A stretch of DNA of 64,000 bases from Candidatus Eiseniibacteriota bacterium (lineage in GTDB: Bacteria > Eisenbacteria > RBG-16-71-46 > JABDJR01). Of this stretch, positions 47,211 through 55,867 are shown piece by piece (position 1 is the first letter of the stretch; every line of letters starts with the position of its first letter). Both the position numbers and the translations under genes were made by a program. The notes beneath the pieces are model-generated. The model saw nothing but the letters and a program-made list of their open reading frames with translations. It was not told where the DNA came from and searched no databases. The stretch covers positions 1,659,984-1,723,983 of the forward strand of contig CAVXKA010000001.1 of assembly GCA_963762255.1 (NCBI GenBank). Reading direction: 5' to 3'.

Positions 47211-48415
47211 CATCGATGCACTCGGAGGCGCTCCCCACGATCACCGACTACGCGCGCATGCTGCGACGGTGGCGGCGGACCGGCGCGGCGATCGTGGGTG
47301 CGGTGCTCATCGCCACCCTCATCTTTACGCTCACGGCGGACAAGGAGTACGTGGCTACGGCGTCGCTCCTCCCCGAGGCGGCCGGCTCCGACGCCGGTGG
47401 CTTGAGCGCGATGCTGATGGGGAAGTTCGGAATCTTCCCGGGGCTCAACGCGGGGCCCGCCACCCCGGGGGACATCGCGATGTCGATCCTGGGGAGCAAA
47501 GCGGTGGCGGGAGCGGTGGTGGACAGCGTGCATCTCGTGGAGGCGTGGCAGGTGGGCGAGGCCACGCCGGAGCGCGCGCGCGAGGTGGCGATCGACATGC
47601 TGCAGAGGCGCGTCCGCATCACCCAGGACGAGCACACGATGATCAGGCTTCGCGTCTCGGACCAGTCGCCGGAGCGCGCCGCCGCCATCGCCAACGGCTA
47701 TCTCAACGAACTCGACCGCGCCAATCAGATGTTCAGCACCGGCTCGGCCGCCCGCACGCGTCGCTTCGTGGAGCAGCGCCTCGATGAGACTCAGAGCGAG
47801 TTAAGTGCGGCGCAGGGCCGCTTGCAGGACTTCCAGCGCAAGCACGGTGCTCTGGCGGTGGACGAGCAGACGCGGACCACCGTCGCGGTGATCGCGAAAC
47901 TGCAGGGAGAGACCGAGGCGCTCAAGGCCAAGCGGGACGCGATGCGATTTTCGATGAGCGACAAGTCATCGGAGATGCGCTCGCTGGACGCGCAGATCGC
48001 GGCCATGGAGGGGCGCGTGCAAAGCCTCACCGCGCCGGGCGTGGAGGGCAAGGCCGGGACGGGAGTGCTGCTCAAGCTCCAGGATGTGCCGGCGCTGGCC
48101 GCCGAGTACACGCAGCTCCTCCTCGCAGTGGAGACGCAGGCCGCGGTGTTCGGGATGCTGGCCCAGCAGGTGGAGCAGTCCAAGATCGAGGAGACCCGCA
48201 ACACACCGACCGTGCGCATCCTCGACCGCGCCAGCGTGCCGCTCTACCGCTCGCGCCCCCGGAACAAGCTGAACATGATGGTGGGTTTCGTGCTGGGGTG
48301 CGCGCTGGCGTTCGTGGCGATCCTGGCGCTGGACCGCCTGGCACCGCAGGAGGGATCGGAAGGAGACCGCTGGCGGACGCTCCTGCGCCGGTCGCCGCTC
48401 TCCTCGGCGACCTAG
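47207..48415 (+). CDS. polysaccharide co-polymerase / chain-length determinant (Wzz/GumC family)
   Basis: Two terminal TM helices flanking a coiled coil; YVATASLLP, RILDRASVP..RSRP. Confidence 0.88.
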   Translation: MTSMHSEALPTITDYARMLRRWRRTGAAIVGAVLIATLIFTLTADKEYVATASLLPEAAGSDAGGLSAMLMGKFGIFPGLNAGPATPGDIAMSILGSKAVAGAVVDSVHLVEAWQVGEATPERAREVAIDMLQRRVRITQDEHTMIRLRVSDQSPERAAAIANGYLNELDRANQMFSTGSAARTRRFVEQRLDETQSELSAAQGRLQDFQRKHGALAVDEQTRTTVAVIAKLQGETEALKAKRDAMRFSMSDKSSEMRSLDAQIAAMEGRVQSLTAPGVEGKAGTGVLLKLQDVPALAAEYTQLLLAVETQAAVFGMLAQQVEQSKIEETRNTPTVRILDRASVPLYRSRPRNKLNMMVGFVLGCALAFVAILALDRLAPQEGSEGDRWRTLLRRSPLSSAT

Positions 48416-49434
48416 GCGTGGGCGGCCCGGGCTTCTTCCTCGATCAGCGCGGTCCACGCGGCGGCAAAGCGCTCGCGCGTGAAGGCGCGAGCGAAGGCCC
48501 GGCCGCGCGCGGCAAGCTCCGCCCGGCGGTCGAGAGCCTCGGCCACCGCGACAGCGAGCGACGTTGCGTCTTCGACCGTGAGTTGTCCGGCGCCTTCGAG
48601 GAGTTCGCCCAGCCCGCCCGCGCGCACGCCCACCACCGGTGTGCCGGCGAGGAGCGCCTCGTGGGCCGTGCGGTTCCACCCCTCGCGGAATCGCGAGAGC
48701 GCGACCGCCGCGTCGCAGGAGGCGAGGAGACGCTTGTAGCCGGCCTCGTCGAGTTCGAGATTCGGGCAGGGGAGTTCGACCTCGCGGCGGCCGCTGGTCA
48801 CGAGTTGGTAGGGGCCGCGGCGGAGCGCCTCGTGGGCCTCGACGACACCCTTCGCCCGCTGGCAGTTGCCGATGTAGATGAGCGGACGCTCGTCGAAGCC
48901 ATACCGCGCGCGAAACGCGCGGCGGTCTTCGTCTGAGACGTCGTAGGTGTCCACGTCGAATCCGTTGTGTATGACGGTGACGGGAAGATCGGGAGCGATC
49001 GGCGAGAGATCGCGCTTCCAGTGCTCGGCCACCACCACAAGGCGGTCGGCGCGTCGGAGCGCGCGCGCGAAGAGCGCCTCCAGCCGGCCGCTCACCGTGC
49101 GATGCGGCACCGAGCTGTGGTCGAGATGATGGATGAGCACGATCTGCCGTCCTCGCGGGCGGCGGATGCCGAGCGCGAGCGCGGGGAGGAACCCGCGGAC
49201 GGTCACGTCCCAGCATGGGTCGGGGAGCGCGGCGAGGATTTGACGCACGCGCCGTCCAGGGAGTGAGAGCGCGCGCCGCGGATAGACGTTGCGCACTTGG
49301 AGCGGGAACGCGCCGGAGAGCGCGCGTTCGAGGTCGGTCTCGTAAGCCATGCCGCCGCCGATGCCGCGCCAGGTCTGGTAGAGACCGACGCGCGGGAGAA
49401 GCGAAGCGGGTGACGAGGTGTTCGGGTGAGACAC
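48412..49434 (-). CDS. glycosyltransferase family 4
   Basis: VIHNGFD, YIGNCQRAKG, SRFREGWNRTAHEALLAGTPVV, GGLGE. Confidence 0.85.
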   Translation of the reverse strand: MSHPNTSSPASLLPRVGLYQTWRGIGGGMAYETDLERALSGAFPLQVRNVYPRRALSLPGRRVRQILAALPDPCWDVTVRGFLPALALGIRRPRGRQIVLIHHLDHSSVPHRTVSGRLEALFARALRRADRLVVVAEHWKRDLSPIAPDLPVTVIHNGFDVDTYDVSDEDRRAFRARYGFDERPLIYIGNCQRAKGVVEAHEALRRGPYQLVTSGRREVELPCPNLELDEAGYKRLLASCDAAVALSRFREGWNRTAHEALLAGTPVVGVRAGGLGELLEGAGQLTVEDATSLAVAVAEALDRRAELAARGRAFARAFTRERFAAAWTALIEEEARAAHA

Positions 49435-49458
49435 GGTCCTTCCGGGGAAAGAGAGCAC

Positions 49459-50901
49459 ATGCCGGTCGAGGCGCCGCAGTCTAGCAAGGAGACTCGGGAC
49501 GAGCAACGCAGCGCCCTGCGCGGCCGACTTCTCGCGGGCTCCGCGGGCTATATGTCGTGGAAGGCGGTCACCGGCGCGCTCGCCATGGTGGCAAGCCTGC
49601 TTCTCTACCGCGTGCTCGGACCCGATCAAGCCGGGCGCCTGCAATTCGTGCTCGCGGTGGCGATGACGGTCGGGGCGGTGGCAGGGCTCGGGTTCTACGA
49701 GACGCTTGCCCGTTTTGTGCCGGAGCGCGGTTCGGCCGATGGGGCGGGACTCTTCCGGCGCGCCTTGCGCTGGAACGTTTGGGCGCTTGTGGCGGGGGTC
49801 CTGGTGTTCGCGGGGTTGTGGGCAGCACGCCGAGGGCTTCCCCCCGAGGTGCGCGAGGTCGCGCCCCTCTTCCTCGTCTTCACCGCCGCCTACACGCTCT
49901 ACGCCACCGCACAGGGCATGCTGCGCGGTACCGGGCGGCTCATGACGATCCCGCGGCTCGATCTCGGGAGCAACTTCGGCGCGAAGGTGGCCGCTCTGGG
50001 CGCGGTCGCAATCCTTCCCGGGTTCGTCGCCGCGTTCGCCGCTCACGCGGTGGCGCAGGCGGTCATGCTGGCGGTCGCGCTCGTGCTGCTGCGCGATTCG
50101 CTCCGCACTCCGGAGACGCGCTTTCTCCGCGAGGAGTCGCGCTTCGGGGCGCTGGTCATGATCGGCATGCTCTTGCAGACGCTCCTCGGCACGGTGGACC
50201 TCTACGTGCTGCGCGCCTACCTCGGTCCCGAAGAAGTTGGGATCTTCGCTGCCGGCTATCGGATCCCGCTTCTGATCGAGCAGCTCGTGCTTGCTCCGAT
50301 CGGCGTGCCGCTTCTCTATTACTTCAGCCACCCGGAGTACCGGGAACTGCGCGACGCGGTGGTGCGGCGCGGTACGCGAATCGCCGGGGCGGCGCTGGGG
50401 CTCTCCGGCCTGTTGCTCGCCGCACTCGCCCGCCCGCTTGTTCCGCTCGTCCTCGGTGAGGCCTACGTCGAGAGCAGCGAGGTCACCCGCATCTATGCCG
50501 CGCATCCGCTCGGCATCGGGTTATTGCTCTTCTCGGTGCCCTTCTACGCCAGCGTGAACCGACTCGAGTACGGCATCGTTCAGGGCCTGGTGAACTTCGG
50601 CCTCAACCTGGGGCTCGACTTGGTGCTCATTCCGCGCTACGGACCGGCGGGCGCAGCGGTCGCGGGGATCGTATCGGTGGCGGTCACCGCGGTCGGCGCC
50701 TCGTGGTTCCTGCGCGCACGGTTCGGCATCGATATCCGCGCCACCGTCGCCGGCGCGGTGCTGGTCTACGCGCTCTGCCTCGTGCTCATGAGCGCGGTGG
50801 GCGATTGGGCTGGTCCGGTGGCCTTCGCCGCGCTCCTCTGGCCGTTGCGCCTGTTGCGCCGCGAGGATCTCGCGCTGTTGCGCCGGCGGGGGACGGCGTG
50901 A
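49459..50901 (+). CDS. polysaccharide flippase (Wzx family)
   Basis: Multi-TM; RVLGPDQAG, LGPEEVGIFAAGYR, LIPRYGPAGAAVA. Confidence 0.88.
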   Translation: MPVEAPQSSKETRDEQRSALRGRLLAGSAGYMSWKAVTGALAMVASLLLYRVLGPDQAGRLQFVLAVAMTVGAVAGLGFYETLARFVPERGSADGAGLFRRALRWNVWALVAGVLVFAGLWAARRGLPPEVREVAPLFLVFTAAYTLYATAQGMLRGTGRLMTIPRLDLGSNFGAKVAALGAVAILPGFVAAFAAHAVAQAVMLAVALVLLRDSLRTPETRFLREESRFGALVMIGMLLQTLLGTVDLYVLRAYLGPEEVGIFAAGYRIPLLIEQLVLAPIGVPLLYYFSHPEYRELRDAVVRRGTRIAGAALGLSGLLLAALARPLVPLVLGEAYVESSEVTRIYAAHPLGIGLLLFSVPFYASVNRLEYGIVQGLVNFGLNLGLDLVLIPRYGPAGAAVAGIVSVAVTAVGASWFLRARFGIDIRATVAGAVLVYALCLVLMSAVGDWAGPVAFAALLWPLRLLRREDLALLRRRGTA

Positions 50902-51863
50902 TGGCGAGGGACGGTATGAGCGCGATCGAGGCGGCGGACGGCGCGAGTCCTGTCGAAGCGGTCGTCGTCTCCTATAACACGCGCGCGTTGCTGGGGGCGT
51001 GCCTCGAGAGCCTCGCGCGCACATGCCCATCGCTTCCCGTCACCGTGGTCGACAACGCATCCGCCGACGGAAGCGCCGCGCTCGTGACCGAACGCTTTCC
51101 GCGCTGCCGTCTGGTGGCGATGCCGGAGAATCGCGGGTTCGCTGCCGCGGTGAACGCCGGCGTGGCCGCCACGAGCGCGCCCCTCGTCTTCGTGCTCAAC
51201 GCGGACACGGCGATCGAGGAGGACCCGCTCCCCGCGCTCGCGCTCGCGATGCAGGCGCACCCGCGCTGGGCGGTGGCGGGGCCGCACCTCGTCTATCCGG
51301 ACGGACGCGCGCAAGAGAGTCGGGCGTCGTTTCCCACCGTGCGCGCGGCGCTGGCCGCGTTCGCGGGGGTTGCACGATCAAGGACTGAGACGCTGGATTC
51401 GCACGAAGTCGCCGCGGAACCCGCATGGTATCTGATGGGCGCCGCGCTTCTCTTCCGTCGCGAAGCGCTCGCGGCAGTCGGCCCGCTCGACGAGAGCTAC
51501 TTCTTCTATCTCGAAGAGGTCGACTGGTTCCGCCGCGCCGCGCGGGCGGGCTGGGGATGGGGACTCGTCTCCGAGGCGCGGGTGGTCCATCACCTGGGGG
51601 CGAGCCTGCGGGCCGCCGATCCCGCGCTCGAGATGAAGATCAAGCGCAACTGGTATCGGTCGCGGCTTCGCTACTTCCGCCGCCATAGCGGGCGGCCGGC
51701 GGCATCCACCCTGCGCGCGGCTTCGATCCCGTTTCTCTTCGTGAACGCGATTCGCCATCAAGCGGGCTTCGTGATCCGGCGTGACGCGGCCCGAGGTTTC
51801 CGCGCACGCGCTGCCTGGGGCATTCTCGGCGACTACCTCCTCGCCCGCGTGGAGCCGTGGTGA
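50901..51863 (+). CDS. glycosyltransferase family 2
   Basis: VVVSYNT, VVDNASADGS, NRGFAAAVN, LNAD, FFYLEEVDW. Confidence 0.9.
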   Translation: MARDGMSAIEAADGASPVEAVVVSYNTRALLGACLESLARTCPSLPVTVVDNASADGSAALVTERFPRCRLVAMPENRGFAAAVNAGVAATSAPLVFVLNADTAIEEDPLPALALAMQAHPRWAVAGPHLVYPDGRAQESRASFPTVRAALAAFAGVARSRTETLDSHEVAAEPAWYLMGAALLFRREALAAVGPLDESYFFYLEEVDWFRRAARAGWGWGLVSEARVVHHLGASLRAADPALEMKIKRNWYRSRLRYFRRHSGRPAASTLRAASIPFLFVNAIRHQAGFVIRRDAARGFRARAAWGILGDYLLARVEPW

Positions 51864-53308
51864 TCGGAGGGATCGCGCTCGGCCGGCCGTCGCCTGGACT
51901 CACGTGGGGGAGCCTCGCGCTTCTCGCCGCCGTGCTCGCCGTGGCGACCGGGAGGCTGGCGGTGCTGGCCGGCCCTTACGCATTGGCGGTTCCGCTGCTC
52001 ATCCCGCTCACCGTGGCCGCCCTCACCCGGCCCACATTCGCGGTGTACGCGCTCGCTTTTCTCTCGCCGCTCACCTCGGGGATGGGACGCGGCATGATCC
52101 TCCCATTCTTCCGTCCCAACGAACTCGTTCTGATGGCGCTGGTCTACGTGGCGGCGGTGACTTTCCTCGCCCGCAAGCGTCCGTTCCGTTTCACGTGGCT
52201 CGACGGTCTGATCCTCGCGTTTCTCTTCTTTCGCGTGGGGCTTCCCACGGCGGTTTTCTTCTTCCGCGGCGAGCCGTGGAGCGCGTTCGCCTTCAAGACC
52301 CTCTTCGGGCCGCTGCAGTACTACATCGTCTTCCGCATGGGGATCGAGTGCATCGAGGACGGGCGGCAGGCGCGCACCGCGGTCTTCCTCATGCTCCTCT
52401 CCTCCTCCATCGTAGCCTTCGTGGGAGTGTTGCAGGCGCTGCAGGTGCCGGGCATCAACGCGTTCCTCGAGACCTACTACCCGTCGGACAAGAAGATTTA
52501 CACCTTCCTGTTCTCGGCGCGAGTGACGAGCTTATGGGCGGGGGACTGGAATGGCTGCGGACTCTACATGGCCATGTGTACGATCCTGGCCCTGGGGACC
52601 GCGCATCTCTTTGTCCGCCGGTGGCAGCGTGCCATCGTGCTCGGGATCGCGTTCCTCGATCTTGTTGTGGTCTTTCTCACCGCGTCGTTTACCGGGACCA
52701 TCTGCCTCTTCCTGGGTCTGGCGCTTCTCCTCACGCGTAGCGCGCAGGCCAAGCAGGTTGTGAAGCCGTTGCTAATAGTGGCGCCGGTGATCGGTCTCGT
52801 GCTGGGAAGCGTGTTCTGGAAGATCATCAGCGAGCGTTTGAGCGGCCAGTTCAGCCAGGCCGCCACCACGCTCATCCCGCACTCGTTCAGCATCCGGATC
52901 TGGATGTGGCGCGAACTCATGTGGCCCTGGGTGGAGCGCTTCTGGTTCTGGGGCCTCGGTCCCTATCGTTGGGGTTGGCCGGACGAAGAGAGCTACTATA
53001 TGTTCACGATCCTGAAGGCGGGGCTCTTCGGTATGCTGGCCTACGCCGCGCTCCATTTGGTGCTCTTCTTCCGGCTCTCCGCGATCTTTCGGGGAGCGCG
53101 GACGTGGCAGGGCGCGGTGGCGCTGGTCGTCTGGATCCACTTTCTGCAGGTCGCGATCGCCAACATCAGCGGGGCCTACTTCGAAGCGAACGGGGTGTCG
53201 GAAATTCTCTGGCTTCTGACGGGGTTCTTGATGGCGAGCGAAGTGCGCAGCGGAGAAATGCGCGAGGGCGACTTGCGCGGGGGAGAGATGCGCGAGGGCG
53301 AGGCATGA
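51857..53308 (+). CDS. O-antigen polymerase/ligase-like membrane protein (Wzy family)
   Basis: Multi-TM; SFSIRIWMW..., WGLG, GLFG; position in a Wzx-dependent cluster. Confidence 0.7.
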   Translation: MVIGGIALGRPSPGLTWGSLALLAAVLAVATGRLAVLAGPYALAVPLLIPLTVAALTRPTFAVYALAFLSPLTSGMGRGMILPFFRPNELVLMALVYVAAVTFLARKRPFRFTWLDGLILAFLFFRVGLPTAVFFFRGEPWSAFAFKTLFGPLQYYIVFRMGIECIEDGRQARTAVFLMLLSSSIVAFVGVLQALQVPGINAFLETYYPSDKKIYTFLFSARVTSLWAGDWNGCGLYMAMCTILALGTAHLFVRRWQRAIVLGIAFLDLVVVFLTASFTGTICLFLGLALLLTRSAQAKQVVKPLLIVAPVIGLVLGSVFWKIISERLSGQFSQAATTLIPHSFSIRIWMWRELMWPWVERFWFWGLGPYRWGWPDEESYYMFTILKAGLFGMLAYAALHLVLFFRLSAIFRGARTWQGAVALVVWIHFLQVAIANISGAYFEANGVSEILWLLTGFLMASEVRSGEMREGDLRGGEMREGEA

Positions 53309-54885
53309 GACACGCGGCAAACGTGCTTCTGGCGATCGGGGCGCTGTGCACTCTCGCGACGCGGCCGGCCGCCGCCACGGACATCTCGGCGGGTGTGCGC
53401 GCGGGCGATCCCACCTATCGGGAGCTTCGCATCGCGGCGGCGCTGGGGCTCCTGGACGGTCCGCTCCACGGTCGTGAGCCGCTCTCCCGTGCGGAGGTGT
53501 ACCGACTCCTGCGTCCGGCTGTCACGGCCGCCGGCGACACCGCATTCGTGCGCGCGGATCCGGCGCTGGGCCTCACCGAGGCCACCGCGTATCGCCTCGA
53601 TCGTCTGCGCCGCGAGATCTGCCCGTGGGACGATTTCTGGGAACGCCCCGAGTACCCGGTGACCTTTGGCGGGTCGCTCGCGCAACGATTGGCCGTCACT
53701 GCGAGCGATATCGCACGCAGCGATCGTGCGCCCGATTACCTCGACTACGGCTACGCGCGCCGGCGGGGGATCGAGGCCGAGCGCGACGGTCGGTTGTATC
53801 TGGAGGCGGAAGGGTTCGCGCTGGATGCCTATGGGCGATTGCGGCTCGACGCCGACGCGCTCACCTACCGGCCGCTGGTGCTCGGCCTGCGCACGGGTTG
53901 GCGGAACCTGCGCCTCTTCGCGGGCCGCGAGCCGATGGCGTGGAGCACCGGCGTGCACGGCTCGCTCCTCATGACCACCAACGCGCGGCCGCTCGATCAG
54001 GTGCGCCTCGAATCGGACTCGCCGTTCGCGCTCCCCGGCCCGCTGCGTAAGGCCGGCCGCTTCACCGCCGCGGCGTTCCTGAGCCGGCTCAAGGACGATC
54101 GGCGAGCCGACGCTCCGAACCCGTGGATTACCGGCACGCGCCTCACGTGGTCGCCGGCGCGCTGGCTCGTGCTCGGCGGATCGCGCACGGTGCTGCTGGG
54201 GGGAGAAGGGCACAAGTTCACGGTGACTCCGCGCTCGGTGTGGAACGTGCTGACCGTCGGCCACGAGAACCGCATGGGAGACGACACCGCCAACGACACC
54301 GATCAGCTCGCGTCCGTCGATTGGAGCGTCTACCTCTGGCCGGTGCTGCGCCCTCTGCCGCTATTGGACGGCGGGCGCCTCTACGGCGAGTACGGCGGCG
54401 AGGACAGCCCGCAGAGCGGCCCGTTTCCGTCAGCCGTGGGGCGCAATTTCGGCATCGAGCTGGTCTCGCACGGCGTGTTGGTGCGCGCCGAGGCCGCATC
54501 GAACTACGACGACCGCAATCTCTGGTACTGGCACCGCATTTACACCGATGGCTACACCTATCGCGGCGTGGTGATCGGACACCCGATGGGAGGCGACAGC
54601 CGCGCGCAGTCCTACGACGTGGAGGTGCCGCTCGCGCGATGGGGACTTGTGACGCTGACCATGGAGCGGCAGGAGCACGGTTTCTTGGCGCGCAACGGCG
54701 AGCCCGGCGCGGCAGGTCCTATTCCCTACGGCGTACAGGACACGTTCAAGCTCGGGGTGGAAAAGTACCTGGGCACGTTCCCCGGCGCCCTGCGCGTGGA
54801 GCTGCGCGCGCTGCGGGAGTTCGGGGATCTGGAGCGGTTGGGGCCGTTGGAGCGCTGGGGAGCGACGGTCGAGTGGCGGCGGTGA
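53305..54885 (+). CDS. capsule assembly Wzi-family outer-membrane protein
   Basis: Signal peptide; GREPMAWSTG..GSLLMTTNARP, DQLAS, YGEYGGED, YTDGYTYRG..IGHPMGGD. Confidence 0.82.
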   Translation: MRHAANVLLAIGALCTLATRPAAATDISAGVRAGDPTYRELRIAAALGLLDGPLHGREPLSRAEVYRLLRPAVTAAGDTAFVRADPALGLTEATAYRLDRLRREICPWDDFWERPEYPVTFGGSLAQRLAVTASDIARSDRAPDYLDYGYARRRGIEAERDGRLYLEAEGFALDAYGRLRLDADALTYRPLVLGLRTGWRNLRLFAGREPMAWSTGVHGSLLMTTNARPLDQVRLESDSPFALPGPLRKAGRFTAAAFLSRLKDDRRADAPNPWITGTRLTWSPARWLVLGGSRTVLLGGEGHKFTVTPRSVWNVLTVGHENRMGDDTANDTDQLASVDWSVYLWPVLRPLPLLDGGRLYGEYGGEDSPQSGPFPSAVGRNFGIELVSHGVLVRAEAASNYDDRNLWYWHRIYTDGYTYRGVVIGHPMGGDSRAQSYDVEVPLARWGLVTLTMERQEHGFLARNGEPGAAGPIPYGVQDTFKLGVEKYLGTFPGALRVELRALREFGDLERLGPLERWGATVEWRR

Positions 54886-54928
54886 CATGTGCGATTGCGA
54901 TGAGATGCGGCGCGGGCGAGGCGCGAAC

Positions 54929-55114
54929 GTGCCGGCGCTGAAGGAGTGCCCCAACTGCGCGACGGACATCCGCTCAGATGCCGCCGTTTGTCCCATTTGC
55001 AAGTACGAGTTCCCGCGGCGCGGCGTGCTGCCGTGGAAGCCGGTAGCAGCGGTGGTGCTCCTGGCGATCCTGGTGCCGCTGGTCTATCTGGTGGTGCGAT
55101 CGCTGGGGAGGTGA
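54929..55114 (+). CDS. small zinc-ribbon membrane protein
   Basis: KECPNC...AVCPICKYEF followed by one TM helix; start uncertain (54887-54929). Confidence 0.65.
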   Translation: MPALKECPNCATDIRSDAAVCPICKYEFPRRGVLPWKPVAAVVLLAILVPLVYLVVRSLGR

Positions 55115-55172
55115 AGCGCCGCGGCGCGAGGGCGGTTATTTAGCACCGTTTCCGCGGATAAAGCAGTCGCAA

Positions 55173-55190
55173 TGATCACCCGGGTGATCA
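55173..55190. repeat. second copy of the palindrome TGATCACCCGGGTGATCA
   Basis: Perfect 18-bp palindrome in the gap between convergent genes, identical to the core at 27188-27205. Confidence 0.8.
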
Positions 55191-55264
55191 CGGCGCGCCA
55201 AGCGAGGCGTTCGCCGTGCACTGATCACGGCGCGCGCGGAGAGGCGCGTGTCGGGAGCGGGGCC

Positions 55265-55867
55265 CTACGCCCCCGCCTTCGCCCGCCCCGCGTCGAGCAC
55301 CGCCTGCCGCCCCTTCAAGAACGCCTGGATGTTGATCTCCAGCGCCTTGGGCGGCACGCGCTTCTCGATGCCACTGATGATGACGTCGTCGCCCAAGTCC
55401 ACTTCCGCGGAGAGCGCTCCCAACATGATCACGTTCATCACGCGCAGGTTACCGAGCTCTTCGGCGATCCGATGCGCCGGCACCATCACCACTCGCCCCG
55501 CGCGCTGCTTGAGCACGGCCTCGACGTTCTGCGGATAGGGGATCTTCCCCCAGATGAGCATGGCGGGATCGATGCGGTAGTCGTTCACCAGCGCCACGCC
55601 GCCGGGCTTGAGCCACTCCAGATGACGGAGCGCCTCGAGGCGCTCCATCCCGAGCAGAACATCCGCCTGCCCCTGCGGGATGAGCGGGGAGAAGACCTCC
55701 TCACCGTAGCGCACCTGGCAGGTCACGCTGCCGCCTCGTTGGGCCATCCCATGCACTTCGCTCTTGCGCACCGAGAAGCCCTTGAGCATGGCCGCCTCGG
55801 CGATCACCTCGCCCGCGAGAAGAATGCCCTGGCCGCCGACCCCGGCGATGAAGATGTTGGTGATCAT
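55265..55867 (-). CDS. iorB: indolepyruvate:ferredoxin oxidoreductase beta subunit
   Basis: IFIAGVGGQGILL, SEVHGMAQRGGSV, SPLIPQGQAD, NVIMLGAL. Confidence 0.93.
   Translation of the reverse strand: MITNIFIAGVGGQGILLAGEVIAEAAMLKGFSVRKSEVHGMAQRGGSVTCQVRYGEEVFSPLIPQGQADVLLGMERLEALRHLEWLKPGGVALVNDYRIDPAMLIWGKIPYPQNVEAVLKQRAGRVVMVPAHRIAEELGNLRVMNVIMLGALSAEVDLGDDVIISGIEKRVPPKALEINIQAFLKGRQAVLDAGRAKAGA

Noticed and set aside
53252-53301. 30-nt-period duplication at the end of the Wzy-like gene (GEMREGDLRGGEMREGEA)
   Set aside because: Short local duplication in a disordered tail with no evidence of function
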